Notes under the pieces: generated by a model
Databases searched by the model: none
The model's input: only the letters and a program-made list of their open reading frames with translations
Told to the model about the DNA's origin: nothing
DNA from: Psammoneis japonica
Taxonomy: Eukaryota
Reading direction: 5' to 3'
Assembly (NCBI GenBank): GCA_008632985.1
Contig: QPGO01000364.1
Coordinates: 1-38,795 of the forward strand
Length of the DNA stretch: 38,795 nucleotides
Program-made: the position numbers and the translations under genes
Shown: one piece after another, positions 34,900 through 38,795 of the stretch
Numbering within the stretch: the first letter of the stretch is position 1
Layout of the letters: every line of letters starts with the position of its first letter

Positions 34900-37800
34900 T
34901 TTGGGACTCCCCACAGGACATGACTTGTGATTTCCTGGAGCTTCAGTCCAGGCAACAACTTGGTCAATGCGTCCGCTAGATTCGTGCGTCTGTCTTCCCA
35001 AGCAATGCGCGCTGTTCCAGCGGCTTGTGCCTCGCAAGTCCTGTGATGGGCAATTGCATTGTGCTTCTTCTTCAAAGTGGACTCCGGCTCAGTTGAGTTC
35101 TTGAAGACAGCCTCATTGTTGCAGAAAACGTCAGCAGCCCCATCCATGGGGATTCCGAGCATCCGAAGCTTGCAGCGCAAGGCTTCGATTTGCTCCACTG
35201 CAGTCTTCATGGCCACGAACTCCGACCCAAAAGCAGAGGACTCTACGACATTCTTCCGCTTGAAGCAACACAAGATGGGTGCTCGTTGGACAAATGTCAG
35301 GATCCCAGTGAGGGACCTGCGCGTCACACGGCATCCGGCATGGTCAGCATCAACAAAGCAAGTGGCAGTCACGCTGTTCCCGCGTGCCTCCGGCATGTTT
35401 GGTGGCATTGGTTCAGCCGCACCAGGGTGACATTCTTCCCAATCACACTTGGCAAAGCGAATCTCGTCAAAGACAGGCTCAGTGTTGTCGAACACCAGCG
35501 CAGACTTAGAGCAAGCCTTCAAGCATGCGAAGACATGGAGCACCTCGTCCAGGTGTCCAACTGGTGGTGCTGCCAAGCAGGAGGACATGAGCGAGACAGC
35601 GACAAAAGTGGCCACTCGCCCCAGTTCAACTGCCCATCGTAGCACACCAATGAGGCCTTGACAGCAGTTGGCCGTTTTGGCGTTCAACTCAGGTGAACCG
35701 TCCAGCTCAGGCCTGTGTGCCAAGCTCAAGGGCGTCGACGCCTTCGTTGGAAGACGCCTGTCAGTTTTCTTGAGCTCCAGCTCAACGTCAGCTGATGCCC
35801 TTTTGACAAAAAGGTCAGAGGACATGGCCCAGCGTGTCTCACTGTCCGAGTCAGACAGCTGGCACTTTCTGATCTGGGCGCCTGAGTGCTCTTCCGGCTC
35901 GCAGACACTTCCGTCCTTGAGTGTGTGCCCAGAGCTCACACAATCCATGACCTTCTGAGGTTCATGGGAGACGCACAACAAGTCGTCCACATAGACAAGT
36001 GCATGTTCCCAGCACTTGAAGCCATCCGGCTTGACCGCAGCCCGCATCCAGACATCTGGGCCAGCCTTGCAAGACTTGAACCCAGCATCCCGCAGAGCAG
36101 CTGCCACATGTTCCCCAAATCTTGCACCTGAAGACTTGAGACCATGCAAGGCACGGACAATGATCGCCGGCCTTCCCTCGTTCTGCTCCCCGAATTCCAG
36201 GCCAGCAGCAGTGCAACACATTTCCTCAGTGTGTGCGTTCAAGCAGGCACTCTGAACGTCAGCGCTCAGGACCTCCAGGTCATTCAGAGCAGCTGCAGTG
36301 AATGCTGTCCTAATGCTGTCACGCGACACCATGCTGGAATGGGTCGATTCCTTGGGTGGATCAGTTTGGTGGCCTCCAGCCACGAACCTCGCTTTGCGTT
36401 GGAGGGTGCTTTTGATGTCAAAAATCATGAGACAATCAATGTGTTTGTGCCCGACCGGCACAGTGTTGTCATCGCAGAATTCGAGCGCAGGCATGACGTT
36501 GCACATTTCCTTCTCGACAGCCTTGAACCAGAAGTCGGTCCCTGTTCTGTTGTCCATTTCCACAGCTTCCTTGACAGATTTCGGGAGCTCAATTCCGAAC
36601 TCATGCGTGCGTTTCCAGTGACGCGACTTGACTTTCTTCAGGATCCTTGATCTGCGATGCAAGACGTCTCAGACCCACCAGTTGAAGGCTGGCTCACTGG
36701 CCACTTTGTTCGCTGCAGCGCACTCAGCAACCTCGACTGGATTGGACTCCTTCAAATCCTTGAGAGGAGCCCAGGATGCAGTCCCATCCTTCCATTTGAC
36801 TTGCAGGTCCCAGCCTGCGGTCGTCCTCCTGGGAGCACGCCTGCCAGTCTCAGTCATTGTGTGCCCGTCATCAGCCATCACGGCACGGACATCACGTCGG
36901 TGATCGACTGTCTCCTTCATGATCTGGCAGGCATTCCCTTCAGAGTCGATCTGAGCGAATGGGTTCTCTGCAATTTCATCAGCAGCACAGGAATCAGCGG
37001 ATCCATCAGGGAATTCCATGTCGCATGTCCTCGAGTCCAGGACAGGGTTGTTGTTCCCAGCACCAACAGGAACCCCATCACTGTCTCGCTTGCGTGCAAT
37101 GACCCTAGCATGAGTCAGCTTGCCTCCTCGTGGTGACATGACTTGAGCCGTGAGATGCTCATCTGGCCCTTCCGGGGTGGGCTCATCAGCTTCCGGTTTG
37201 GAAGTGTCAGGTTCCACGGGTTCAACGGCATCATCCCATTCATCCATGAAGTTGTCAGGGAGTTCAGGGAAGTCAGCACTGGCGTCCTTTTCCGGGATGC
37301 TAAGCCATTCGATCAAAGCTTGATCGATGGATGCAAGATCCATCTGGATCGCCGGAGTTTTGAGGTCATCCTCCGGCATGGCCCACGCATCCTTCCGAAT
37401 GATGGATCACCAGAGTTTTAAGGTCATCCTCCAGCATGGCCCATGCATCCTTCCAAATGATGGGTTTGCCTGATTCGGGCAAAACAATGAATGCCATGTC
37501 GTCAGTGCAGTTGTCAGCTGCTCCGAGCCAACGGCCAATTCACTTCTTTTCGTGTGGGAACTCCACCACAGGCATGCAGCAACAAACAGGTTGACACCAA
37601 TCAAAGAGAGAGAGGGAAGAGATGTCGGGTGTCGAACCTGTCACCTCCTCTTCTGGGACTCGTCCTCCCATGTCCGACATGCCAGTTGCAATCATGCGTC
37701 CGATGTCACACATCCATTTGGCGCTGCAGGACCAAAGTAGCCTGTGAGCGCCAGTCCGGTGCAGAGTCACACGGACTCTTTTCTTCAACTCACGAGTGGA

Positions 37801-38795
37801 TGCCTCGGGCTGGGTTCTGCCAGGGGCTGCACGGGGGTGGACACCTCCTGGTGCATCCTGTGTTCCTTGCAGATCTCTTTGGTCTGGCCTTCTGCCATTT
37901 CTGGTGCGCCATCCAACACAAGGACCTGCGGTGTGCCATCGTCATGTGTGAATGACATGACGGCATCCGGGTGGTCCTGTTTCCTCTTCCAAGGACAGAA
38001 CCTGTCATGCCCTCTTCCGTTGGCAAACACACTTCCTCCTGTCTCGTCATGCATCGATTTGACCTTCGAAAACATCTGGTTGGAGTAGAAGCATCCCTTG
38101 ACAGCAGGGAACTTAAGCCAAGGGGCTTTCTTCCGGACTTTCCACTCGGATGGTGTGCAGACATTGCGGACCCCTGCCTGGGTTGTCACTCTGAGGGTGT
38201 TCTTGGCAGCCGTCAGGCCAATGTCCCACCTTTTAGAGAGTGTCTTGGGCGTGATGGTCGATGCACGACTCGAGGTCGACAGTGCACACACCCGTTTCCG
38301 CTTGGCACAATCCGGGTGGACATCCAGGTCACACCGGTCGTGTGGCCCGTCTCCCTCAGTGTCATTGTGGGGGACATTCACCTGAGCAACCAGGCGGTGA
38401 CACAAAGAATCGTCATCATTGGCATCCACAATGACGCTCTCGTCATGACAGGACGTTTGGTGTGAATGAATGGAAGCGACACACCTGGTCGCATTCATCA
38501 TCGTTGACCGTCCATCCGACTTTGCTGATCCTTGGCGCACACTGGCACATGCGTGCGCTTCCTCCTTTTGCGCCAGGGCATCAGCAGAAGGCTCCCATCT
38601 CAGGGGTGATGCAAGTTCCAGCCGGGGGAGGTTCTCCAGATCCTCCTTTGTCGGCTTGTGTGAATCAAAGTCTGAAGCAACACCTCACATTCGCAGTGGC
38701 ATCCTGATCTTCGAGTCAGGAAAAGAAATGGAGTGTGTGCCAGTCGGATCAAACTGGCGAGGGGTGTCGTGGACAATCAGCCCATTCGCTCACAG
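34900..38795 (-). pseudogene. pol: pol of copia family B copy 3 (IN-RT-RH), best-preserved copy, runs off the window
   Basis: 639-aa ORF with RKARFVAGGH, VSRDSIR, RALHGLKSSG, LVYVDD, RPELD, FVDADHAG..TRRS.TG, FGSEFVA, KKKHNAIAHH, NLADALTK. Upstream integrase ITPKTLSKRW..DGAPEM. Contains a 58-bp tandem duplication at 37345-37463. Confidence 0.93.

Noticed and set aside
34743..36662. Active RT gene (long ORF, intact YVDD)
   Set aside because: Almost every other conserved Tyr is replaced and the upstream pol has stops and frameshifts; the ORF length reflects stop-free mutagenesis.
1..38795. Hundreds of short Cys/His-rich ORFs as novel metal-binding genes
   Set aside because: They are alternate frames of decayed TEs, kept open by loss of TAA/TAG and enriched in TGY/CAY codons.
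8263..38795. Classical RIP
   Set aside because: RIP creates TpA from CpA/TpG; here TpA is depleted and TG/CA enriched.

Overview
Eukaryotic repeat-rich DNA with no credible host gene. It is a nest of decayed transposable elements whose gag/pol motifs resemble diatom Ty1/copia (CoDi-type) families; the taxon is inferred from protein motifs only. Resolved by eye: two full-length copia insertions with matched LTRs and 5-bp TSDs (8263-16087, 19893-27887), three same-orientation copies of another copia family, other copia fragments, an APE+RT LINE, a 621-bp TRIM carrying a tRNA-like Pol III promoter, three non-autonomous TIR elements, a (TG)42 microsatellite and a 23-bp minisatellite. The strongest signal is mutational. 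TpA is almost erased by TA->TG/CA transitions (the reverse of fungal RIP), on top of CpG decay. The changes occur after insertion, on both strands, spare CTA/TAG contexts, convert Tyr to Cys/His (four of five RT YxDD motifs), and remove TAA/TAG stops, which inflates the ORF track. All alignments and counts are manual; fragment boundaries without a TSD are approximate.
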